Origin: a virus
Taxonomy: Duplodnaviria; Heunggongvirae; Uroviricota; Caudoviricetes
IMG/VR virus record: IMGVR_UViG_2728369553_000010
Reading direction: 5' to 3' (one strand)
Length of the DNA stretch: 29,129 nucleotides
Below the pieces are notes generated by a model. That model did no database searches. It was not told the origin of the DNA and saw nothing but the letters and a program-made list of their open reading frames with translations. Numbering within the stretch: the first letter of the stretch is position 1; every line of letters begins with the position of its first letter. Shown piece by piece: positions 21,898 to 29,129 of this stretch. The position numbers and the translations under genes are program-made.

Positions 21898-24800
21898 ATG
21901 GCAGTAAAGATTTCAGGTGTACTGAAAGACGGCACAGGAAAACCGGTACAGAACTGCACAATCCAGCTGAAAGCAAAACGTAACAGCACCACGGTGGTGG
22001 TGAACACGGTGGCCTCAGAAAATCCGGATGAAGCCGGGCGTTACAGCATGGACGTTGAGTACGGTCAGTACAGCGTTATTCTGTTGGTGGAAGGATTCCC
22101 GCCGTCACATGCCGGGACCATCACCGTGTATGAAGACTCCCGACCCGGTACGCTGAATGATTTTCTCGGTGCCATGACGGAGGATGATGCCCGGCCAGAG
22201 GCACTGCGCCGTTTTGAGCTGATGGTGGAAGAGGTGGCGCGTAACGCGTCCGCGGTGGCACAGAACACGGCAGCCGCGAAGAAGTCAGCCGGCGATGCCG
22301 GCACATCAGCCCGTGAGGCGGCAACCCATGCGACTGATGCTGCAGGCTCAGCACGCGCAGCCAGCACGTCAGCCGGACAGGCCGCGTCGTCGGCTCAGTC
22401 AGCGTCTTCCAGCGCAGGAACGGCATCAACAAAGGTCAGTGAAGCATCGAAAAGTGCTGCTGCTGCAGAGTCCTCAAAAAGCGCGGCAGCTACCAGTGCC
22501 AGTGCCGCGAAAACGTCAGAAACGAATGCCGCAGCGTCACAACAATCAGCAGCCACTTCTGCATCCACCGCGACCACGAAAGCGTCAGAAGCTGCCACCT
22601 CAGCCCGGGATGCGGCGGCCTCAAAAGAGGCAGCGAAATCATCAGAAACGAACGCATCCTCGAGCGCCAGTAGCGCAACTTCCTCGGCAACGGCGGCAGG
22701 AAATTCCGCGAAGGCGGCAAAAACGTCCGAGACGAACGCTAAGTCTTCTGAGACGGCAGCGGGACAGAGCGCCTCAGCTGCGGCAGGCTCAAAAACAGCG
22801 GCTGCATCATCTGCCAGCGCCGCGTCAACAAGTGCCGGGCAGGCCTCAGCCAGTGCCACCGCCGCCGGAAAATCGGCAGAAAGCGCCGCATCATCCGCTT
22901 CAACAGCCACAACGAAGGCTGGCGAAGCCACTGAACAGGCCAGCGCAGCAGCGAGTTCTGCTTCCGCAGCGAAGACATCCGAAACGAACGCGAAAGCGTC
23001 GGAAACCAGCGCAGAATCCTCAAAAACGGCTGCCGCATCGTCAGCCAGTTCGGCGGCGTCATCGGCATCATCGGCGTCTGCTTCAAAAGATGAGGCGACC
23101 AGACAGGCGTCAGCAGCGAAGGGCAGCGCCACGACAGCATCCACGAAGGCGACAGAGGCAGCTGGCAGTGCGACGGCGGCAGCACAGAGCAAAAGTACGG
23201 CGGAATCCGCGGCAACGCGCGCCGAGACAGCGGCAAAACGGGCAGAGGATATTGCATCCGCCGTGGCGCTTGAGGATGCGAGCACGACGAAAAAGGGGAT
23301 AGTACAGCTCAGCAGTGCGACCAACAGTACGTCTGAAACGCTGGCGGCAACGCCAAAGGCAGTAAAATCAGCCTATGACAATGCAGAGAAACGTCTGCAG
23401 AAAGACCAGAACGGCGCTGATATACCCGATAAGGGACGCTTCCTGAACAACATTAACGCGGTCAGTAAAACAGACTTTGCTGATAAGCGTGGTATGCGTT
23501 ATGTGCGGGTTAACGCTCCTGCAGGTGCAACATCTGGAAAATATTACCCTGTTGTTGTTATGCGTTCTGCTGGCTCAGTAAGCGAACTGGCATCAAGGGT
23601 CATTATCACCACGGCAACGCGAACCGCAGGCGATCCGATGAATAACTGCGAGTTTAACGGATTTGTTATGCCTGGTGGCTGGACTGACAGGGGGCGTTAT
23701 GCTTATGGAATGTTCTGGCAATATCAAAACAATGAACGAGCCATCCACTCAATAATGATGAGTAATAAGGGCGATGATTTGCGCTCTGTGTTCTATGTTG
23801 ATGGCGCTGCTTTCCCTGTTTTTGCGTTTATCGAAGATGGCCTGTCAATATCCGCACCTGGTGCTGATCTCGTTGTTAATGATACGACCTATAAGTTTGG
23901 GGCAACAAATCCAGCGACTGAATGTATCGCGGCGGACGTTATCCTTGATTTTAAGAGTGGGCGTGGTTTTTATGAGTCTCATTCGTTAATCGTTAACGAT
24001 AATTTGTCGTGCAAAAAACTTTTTGCCACAGACGAAATTGTAGCGCGTGGTGGTAATCAGATTCGAATGATAGGTGGGGAGTATGGTGCATTATGGCGTA
24101 ATGATGGCGCTAAAACTTACCTGCTGCTTACCAATCAAGGTGATGTTTATGGTGGCTGGAATACATTAAGACCGTTTGCTATTTATAACGCAACCGGCGA
24201 ACTGGTTATTGGAACCAAACTGTCCGCAAGTCTGAACGGTAATGCATTAACAGCAACAAAGCTGCAAACGCCAAGACTGGTTTCTGGTGTTGAGTTTGAT
24301 GGTTCCAGAGATATTACTTTAACCGCCGCGCATGTGGCTGCTTTTGCCAGAAGGGCAACGGATACATATGCCGATGCGGATGGTGGCGTTCCCTGGAATG
24401 CCGAATCAGGTGCTTACAATGTCACCCGCTCTGGCGACAGCTATATTCTGGTTAACTTCTATACCGGAGTCGGAAGTTGCCGGACCTTGCAGATGAAGGC
24501 GCATTACAGAAATGGTGGTCTGTTCTACCGTTCTTCAAGAGACGGTTATGGTTTTGAGGAAGACTGGGCAGAAGTTTATACCTCGAAAAATCTTCCACCA
24601 GAAAGCTACCCAGTCGGCGCACCAATCCCGTGGCCATCAGATACCGTTCCGTCTGGTTATGCCCTGATGCAGGGGCAGACTTTTGACAAATCTGCTTACC
24701 CGAAACTTGCAGCCGCTTATCCGTCAGGCGTGATCCCTGATATGCGTGGCTGGACGATTAAGGGCAAACCTGCCAGTGGTCGGGCCGTATTGTCTCAGGA

Positions 24801-25248
24801 ACAGGACGGCATTAAATCGCATACCCACAGCGCCAGCGCATCCAGTACGGATTTGGGGACGAAAACCACATCGTCGTTTGATTACGGCACTAAATCCACG
24901 AATAACACCGGGGCGCATACCCATAGTGTTAGCGGTACGGCTGCTTCAGCCGGTGCACATACCCATTCGATGACATTTGTTTCAGGTGGTTCCAGTGGTG
25001 CTCCGGGAAGTGGAGCATCTGATTATTCTAAATACAGTGTTAACACTTCTTCTGCAGGCGCTCATACGCACTCTGTATCGGGTACTGCTGCAAGCGCAGG
25101 TGCACACGCACATACTGTGGGTATTGGTGCTCATACGCACTCCGTTGCGATTGGTTCACATGGACACACCATCACCGTTAACGCTGCTGGTAACGCGGAA
25201 AACACCGTCAAAAACATCGCATTTAACTATATTGTGAGGCTTGCATAA
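21898..25248 (+). CDS. stf: side tail fibre protein Stf (about 1116 aa from ATG 21898; track start 21892 is an upstream GTG)
   Basis: [80 protein letters not shown]... matches the lambda/Rac Stf N-terminus; long Ala/Ser/Thr-rich repetitive shaft; C-terminal His-x-His repeats ending ...[14 protein letters not shown] as in lambda Stf. Confidence 0.9.
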   Translation: MAVKISGVLKDGTGKPVQNCTIQLKAKRNSTTVVVNTVASENPDEAGRYSMDVEYGQYSVILLVEGFPPSHAGTITVYEDSRPGTLNDFLGAMTEDDARPEALRRFELMVEEVARNASAVAQNTAAAKKSAGDAGTSAREAATHATDAAGSARAASTSAGQAASSAQSASSSAGTASTKVSEASKSAAAAESSKSAAATSASAAKTSETNAAASQQSAATSASTATTKASEAATSARDAAASKEAAKSSETNASSSASSATSSATAAGNSAKAAKTSETNAKSSETAAGQSASAAAGSKTAAASSASAASTSAGQASASATAAGKSAESAASSASTATTKAGEATEQASAAASSASAAKTSETNAKASETSAESSKTAAASSASSAASSASSASASKDEATRQASAAKGSATTASTKATEAAGSATAAAQSKSTAESAATRAETAAKRAEDIASAVALEDASTTKKGIVQLSSATNSTSETLAATPKAVKSAYDNAEKRLQKDQNGADIPDKGRFLNNINAVSKTDFADKRGMRYVRVNAPAGATSGKYYPVVVMRSAGSVSELASRVIITTATRTAGDPMNNCEFNGFVMPGGWTDRGRYAYGMFWQYQNNERAIHSIMMSNKGDDLRSVFYVDGAAFPVFAFIEDGLSISAPGADLVVNDTTYKFGATNPATECIAADVILDFKSGRGFYESHSLIVNDNLSCKKLFATDEIVARGGNQIRMIGGEYGALWRNDGAKTYLLLTNQGDVYGGWNTLRPFAIYNATGELVIGTKLSASLNGNALTATKLQTPRLVSGVEFDGSRDITLTAAHVAAFARRATDTYADADGGVPWNAESGAYNVTRSGDSYILVNFYTGVGSCRTLQMKAHYRNGGLFYRSSRDGYGFEEDWAEVYTSKNLPPESYPVGAPIPWPSDTVPSGYALMQGQTFDKSAYPKLAAAYPSGVIPDMRGWTIKGKPASGRAVLSQEQDGIKSHTHSASASSTDLGTKTTSSFDYGTKSTNNTGAHTHSVSGTAASAGAHTHSMTFVSGGSSGAPGSGASDYSKYSVNTSSAGAHTHSVSGTAASAGAHAHTVGIGAHTHSVAIGSHGHTITVNAAGNAENTVKNIAFNYIVRLA
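22240..23290 (+). repeat. Ala/Ser/Thr-rich low-complexity coding repeats in the Stf shaft (SETNA motif recurs four times)
   Basis: Translation is about 350 aa of A/S/T/K/E with recurring ...AAKTSETNA... units (nt about 22510, 22640, 22723, 22975); this skewed composition also creates the long artefactual ORFs on both strands here. Confidence 0.6.
24820..25200 (+). repeat. His-rich tandem coding repeats (GAHTHS-type) in the Stf C-terminal tip
   Basis: ...[10 protein letters not shown]...[23 protein letters not shown]...[42 protein letters not shown]; the [17 protein letters not shown] unit occurs twice. Confidence 0.6.
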
Positions 25249-25823
25249 TGGCATTCAGAATGAGTGAACAACCACGGACCATAAAAATTTATAATCTGCT
25301 GGCCGGAACTAATGAATTTATTGGTGAAGGTGATGCATATATTCCGCCTCATACAGGTCTGCCAGCAAACAGTACCGATATTGCACCGCCAGATATTCCG
25401 GCTGGCTTCGTGGCTGTTTTCAACAGTGATGAGTCATCGTGGCATCTCGTTGAAGATCATCGGGGTAAAATGGTTTATGACGTGGCTTCCGGCGACGCGT
25501 TATTTATTTCTGAACTCGGTCCGTTACCGGAAAATGTTACCTGGTTATCGCCGGAAGGGGAGTTTCAGAAGTGGAACGGTACAGTCTGGGTGAAGGATAC
25601 GGAAGCAGAAAAACTGTTCCGGATCCGGGAGGCGGAAGAAACAAAAAACAGCCTGATGCAGGTAGCCAGTGAGCATATAGCGCCACTTCAGGATGCTGTA
25701 GATCTGGAAATCGCAACGGAGGAAGAAACCTCATTGCTGGAAGCCTGGAAAAAGTATCGGGTGTTGCTGAACCGTGTTGATACATCAACTGCACAGGATA
25801 TTGAATGGCCAGCACTGCCGTAG
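25248..25823 (+). CDS. tfa: tail fibre assembly protein Tfa (191 aa)
   Basis: [124 protein letters not shown]... matches lambda/Qin Tfa; ATG overlaps the stf stop (TAATGG). Confidence 0.9.
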   Translation: MAFRMSEQPRTIKIYNLLAGTNEFIGEGDAYIPPHTGLPANSTDIAPPDIPAGFVAVFNSDESSWHLVEDHRGKMVYDVASGDALFISELGPLPENVTWLSPEGEFQKWNGTVWVKDTEAEKLFRIREAEETKNSLMQVASEHIAPLQDAVDLEIATEEETSLLEAWKKYRVLLNRVDTSTAQDIEWPALP

Positions 25824-25920
25824 GGTAAAACATATAAATTCTATAATTAGATGTATCTTTCCATTTACGGCAAGGAAGGGGGCTTGGAAGACGTAAAGCA
25901 TCTCACACCGAGATTATTTT

Positions 25921-26511
25921 TTATATGTCAGGTGTCTGAAGTTTTGCTTTGGCTCTTAAAATGGTTTGCCGCGAGGTTTTGAATTCCCGGGCAATGGCAC
26001 TTATACTTACACCTGACTTAATTCGTTCGAATACCACCTGTTTCTGTTCTTCATTTAACACAGGTGGTCGACCAAAACGTTTCCCTGCGCCGCGGGCTCT
26101 TACTATCCCGGAATGAGTGCGTTCAAGTAAAAGGTCTCGTTCAAATTCAGCGACTGCTGAAATTACGTGCATCATCATTTTTCCTGTTGGACTGGTCAGG
26201 TCAATGCCCCCCAATGCTAAGCAATGCACTCTGATACCTGTTTCGGTCAGTTGTTCCACTGTTTTCCTGATATCCATTGCATTACAACCAAGGCGATCCA
26301 GTTTTGTCACAATCAATTGATCACCACATTTCAGGCGAGCAAGCAACCGGTTAAAACCAGGACGCTCACTGGTTGCTGCTGAGCCGCTAATGTGTTCTTC
26401 GATTATTTGCTGAGGTTTGATTTTAAAACCTGCACTTTCGATTTCCCGGCGTTGATTTTCGGTGGTCTGATCCAGCGTTGATATCCGACAGTAAGCAAAA
26501 ATTCGAGACAT
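25921..26511 (-). CDS. pin: serine recombinase, Pin/Gin/Hin-type DNA invertase (196 aa)
   Basis: [29 protein letters not shown]...: N-terminal catalytic serine motif (YCRISTLDQ), resolvase core and C-terminal HTH (...[18 protein letters not shown]...); same size and position as pinQ/pinR of K-12 cryptic prophages. Confidence 0.9.
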   Translation of the reverse strand: MSRIFAYCRISTLDQTTENQRREIESAGFKIKPQQIIEEHISGSAATSERPGFNRLLARLKCGDQLIVTKLDRLGCNAMDIRKTVEQLTETGIRVHCLALGGIDLTSPTGKMMMHVISAVAEFERDLLLERTHSGIVRARGAGKRFGRPPVLNEEQKQVVFERIKSGVSISAIAREFKTSRQTILRAKAKLQTPDI

Positions 26512-26648
26512 AGTGAGACTCTATACGAAATTGGTGTTCATATCATAATGCATCTCAGAAAATAATTTTGATTATTTTTGTGCATATTTGTATGTACACG
26601 TTCGAAAATAAACGAATGCGTATGCAACCCCGTAATTTTGGTGAGACC

Positions 26649-26662
26649 CAAAATCGATTTTG
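26649..26662. repeat. perfect 14-bp palindrome CAAAATCGATTTTG about 135 bp upstream of the pin start
   Basis: Directly visible; A-tract / central dinucleotide / T-tract layout loosely resembles Din-family crossover sites, but the match to gix/hix is only partial and the central CG is itself palindromic. Confidence 0.3.
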
Positions 26663-26827
26663 TGAAAAATGGCTTTAACTCGGTTTGTTTTTCGAGTTCC
26701 GGGCAGACTCAAGGAAGAAGAATAGTGTTGCGTGTTATTTTAACCAGATTTTAATTTGTTTGGTCGTGGAAAAGTGGAGCAAAATGTTGTTAAAGTGGAA
26801 AAATGATAAAAAAGTAAGTTTGTTATA

Positions 26828-27061
26828 TTACATTTTACCATTTAAATTTTGGTTGTCTTTAAGAACTGATATCGCTGTTTGTAATAATTCTTTGTTATCC
26901 AGCCATGATTTTTTCTTTATGTTTCCTTCAATGTAATCAAGCAATGTTCTGGTATTGATAGGTCTTCCCTGTTTTGCTACTTCCACTACAGCATCCCCTA
27001 GGATAATTCTTACTTCAGGAAGCTGCGCAGGGAACCACTTTAGGGTGTCTTTTGATTTCAT
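26828..27061 (-). CDS. ydfK: small cold-shock-associated protein, YdfK/YnaE family (77 aa; track offers an 88-aa version starting at 27094)
   Basis: MKSKDTLKWFPAQLPEVRIILGDAVVEVAKQGRPINTRTLLDYIEGNIKKKSWLDNKELLQTAISVLKDNQNLNGKM; the ATG at 27061 has an AAGGAA Shine-Dalgarno about 8 nt upstream, the 27094 start has none; position next to pin matches ydfK in Qin. Confidence 0.7.
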   Translation of the reverse strand: MKSKDTLKWFPAQLPEVRIILGDAVVEVAKQGRPINTRTLLDYIEGNIKKKSWLDNKELLQTAISVLKDNQNLNGKM

Positions 27062-27276
27062 GAAGATATTCCTTAAAATATTATTGATTTTCATTGCGAT
27101 ATTGTATGTCTGATTCAGGATATGTTGACTTATACATCGGTTTTGTCTGGGTTATTGGATATGCCAATCCCTAATTTTATTAGGGCATGACTAAAAATGC
27201 TGAATATGATAAGGAGAGAAGTGATTATCAGTATGCTGTTCATATAGCCTCGAATTAGTAATGTGTTATATATGAT

Positions 27277-27475
27277 ATAGTTGACAATTTTTATCTTGGG
27301 TGTTCTTAAAGTTCGTAGATAAACATTGTCGTTTCAGGTATACAGGAATGCTAACAGGTGGCGGCAAAAATCAGGCGGTTTATGGCGCAATCTGAAGTGG
27401 CAACTGCAAACTATCTTATGCAGAGACTCTACACGGATTGGGTTTAAAAGTATACATAGATAACAATTTTTATCT
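27277..27475 (+). repeat. pair of 20-nt direct repeats ATAG(T/A)T(G/A)ACAATTTTTATCT at 27277..27296 and 27456..27475 in the terminal non-coding arm
   Basis: Directly visible, 17 of 20 identical with a shared 13-nt core ACAATTTTTATCT; the first copy contains a TTGACA hexamer. Confidence 0.4.
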
Positions 27476-27845
27476 GAAGAAGAAAAATATCAAGGTGATA
27501 TAGCCTATATGCCTTTGATGCGGAGGAATGAATGTGATGGGAGTGATGTATCTGAATAGTTGAAAAACCGCAGACACGCCTTATGCAAGAACGTGCTGCG
27601 GTTGGCTGGTAAATTTTTCGATAGTGCGAGTATTGAATGATTTCCAGCCGTTATTGATTTTACGCGTAAATCCATGAAAAAACTACTTATCTGTTGGGGA
27701 GTTTTTTGGGGCATATATGGGACAGAAATAGGCCCCAGATAGACACTGAGATCGAACTTAGGATGCTTTTAAAAAAATGCAACTATCTGAAAAAACCTAG
27801 AAAACGCCAAGGAAACCACAGGATGGGAAAAAACACCTGTGAATT

Positions 27846-29129
27846 ATGGATTTCCAGTTATATTCGCTCGGCGCAGCGTTAGTGTTTCATGAAATATTTT
27901 TTCCTGAATCATCAACGGCAATGGCGTTAATTCTGGCAATGGGAACCTACGGTGCAGGTTATGTGGCGCGTATTGTCGGAGCATTTATTTTCGGCAAAAT
28001 GGGCGACAGAATAGGGCGTAAAAAAGTGCTCTTTATTACCATCACCATGATGGGGATCTGTACCACCTTAATTGGTGTGTTACCGACCTATGCACAGATT
28101 GGTGTTTTTGCACCCATCTTGCTGGTGACGTTGCGTATTATTCAGGGGTTGGGTGCAGGTGCGGAAATTTCCGGTGCCGGTACGATGCTGGCGGAATATG
28201 CGCCAAAAGGTAAGCGCGGAATTATCTCCTCATTTGTGGCTATGGGAACTAACTGCGGAACCTTGAGCGCAACGGCAATCTGGGCCTTTATGTTCTTCAT
28301 TCTCAGTAAAGAGGAACTGCTGGCGTGGGGATGGCGTATACCGTTCCTGGCGAGCGTTGTCGTGATGGTCTTTGCTATCTGGTTGCGTATGAATCTGAAA
28401 GAAAGCCCGGTCTTTGAGAAGGTTAACGACAGTAACCAACCGACAGCAAAACCTGCACCTGCTGGTAGCATGTTCCAGAGCAAATCCTTCTGGCTGGCAA
28501 CAGGGCTGCGTTTTGGTCAGGCGGGTAACTCCGGGTTAATTCAGACTTTCCTTGCAGGCTATTTAGTGCAGACGTTATTGTTTAACAAAGCAATTCCAAC
28601 AGATGCATTGATGATCAGTTCGATTCTCGGCTTTATGACCATTCCGTTCCTTGGTTGGTTATCCGATAAAATTGGTCGCCGGATCCCGTATATTATTATG
28701 AATACCTCCGCGATTGTGCTGGCATGGCCAATGCTTTCTATCATTGTAGATAAAAGCTATGCCCCGAGCACCATTATGGTTGCACTGATTGTGATTCATA
28801 ACTGTGCGGTGCTGGGATTATTTGCTCTGGAAAACATTACCATGGCAGAAATGTTCGGCTGTAAAAACCGCTTTACCCGGATGGCTATTTCTAAAGAAAT
28901 TGGTGGTCTTATCGCTTCCGGTTTTGGTCCTATCCTGGCGGGTATTTTCTGCACCATGACGGAATCCTGGTATCCGATCGCCATTATGATCATGGCATAT
29001 TCAGTGATTGGTTTAATCTCTGCGCTGAAAATGCCAGAGGTGAAAGACCGTGATTTAAGTGCGCTGGAAGACGCTGCGGAAGATCAACCGCGTGTTGTAA
29101 GAGCTGCGCAACCTTCCAGAAGTCTGTAA
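27846..29129 (+). CDS. ydfJ: MFS transporter of the metabolite:H+ symporter (ProP/KgtP-like) family, 5'-truncated (427 aa); probable host gene split by prophage integration
   Basis: Translation begins MDFQLYSLGAALVFHEIFFPESS..., which aligns with the middle of TM1 of ProP-type transporters (WFDFGVYGF...FFP), followed by the GxxxDRxGRK loop motif (GKMGDRIGRK); a TGA stop lies in frame two codons upstream of the Met, so the N-terminal segment is absent. Stop at 29127..29129. Confidence 0.8.
   Translation: MDFQLYSLGAALVFHEIFFPESSTAMALILAMGTYGAGYVARIVGAFIFGKMGDRIGRKKVLFITITMMGICTTLIGVLPTYAQIGVFAPILLVTLRIIQGLGAGAEISGAGTMLAEYAPKGKRGIISSFVAMGTNCGTLSATAIWAFMFFILSKEELLAWGWRIPFLASVVVMVFAIWLRMNLKESPVFEKVNDSNQPTAKPAPAGSMFQSKSFWLATGLRFGQAGNSGLIQTFLAGYLVQTLLFNKAIPTDALMISSILGFMTIPFLGWLSDKIGRRIPYIIMNTSAIVLAWPMLSIIVDKSYAPSTIMVALIVIHNCAVLGLFALENITMAEMFGCKNRFTRMAISKEIGGLIASGFGPILAGIFCTMTESWYPIAIMIMAYSVIGLISALKMPEVKDRDLSALEDAAEDQPRVVRAAQPSRSL

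Noticed and set aside
22295-23324. Long ORFs on both strands (335 aa plus, 309 aa minus) overlapping the stf repeat region
   Set aside because: Artefacts of the GC-rich, codon-biased Ala/Ser/Thr repeat tract in Stf; translations are low-complexity Arg/Pro/Gln or Ala/Asp strings.
22240-25200. CRISPR-like or other non-coding tandem repeat array
   Set aside because: The repeats are in frame within Stf and encode A/S/T-rich and HxH peptide repeats; there is no repeat-spacer periodicity and no cas genes.
25248-26662. A functional invertible tail-fibre segment (Mu G-segment type)
   Set aside because: Only one tfa and no inverted alternative stf C-terminus/tfa pair is present; the candidate sites are weak. 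Kept only as a low-confidence lead.
26685-26936. 83-aa plus-strand ORF overlapping ydfK
   Set aside because: Antisense to the better-supported ydfK-like gene; no ribosome-binding site; hydrophobic and low-complexity translation.
27505-27882. Small ORFs 27505..27714 (minus) and 27694..27882 (plus) in the terminal arm
   Set aside because: No Shine-Dalgarno, no recognisable motifs; one overlaps the start of the transporter gene; likely chance ORFs in AT-rich DNA.

Overview
This window is the late (right-hand) half of a lambda-like (lambdoid) prophage, running from the lysis-proximal accessory genes through the complete head and tail morphogenetic module to the prophage/host junction. Reading left to right: a CspA-family cold-shock gene (cspI-like), a GnsA/GnsB-family small gene, a DUF1398 (ydfO-like) gene and a ribbon-helix-helix gene. 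Next comes a cos site carrying the exact lambda 12-nt cohesive end GGGCGGCGACCT, followed by a colinear lambda gene set Nu1-A-W-B-C/Nu3-D-E-FI-FII-Z-U-V-G/G-T-H-M-L-K-I-J, a lom-like outer-membrane moron, side tail fibre stf and its assembly protein tfa. A convergently oriented Pin-family serine invertase and a ydfK-like small gene follow, then about 750 bp of AT-rich non-coding DNA and an N-terminally truncated MHS-family MFS transporter (ydfJ-like) that appears to be the integration target. Gene order and the truncated transporter match the Qin-type prophage locus of E. coli, but here the structural module is intact. Two runs of N (65 nt inside C/Nu3, 55 nt inside lom) are unreadable. I found no clearly novel multi-gene system; the best candidates for a second look are the mosaic receptor-binding ends of J and Stf, the orphan invertase beside the tail-fibre genes, the terminator-flanked lom moron, and the repeat-rich prophage end. 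All protein identifications rest on my recollection of lambda and E. coli K-12 sequences, not on a database search.
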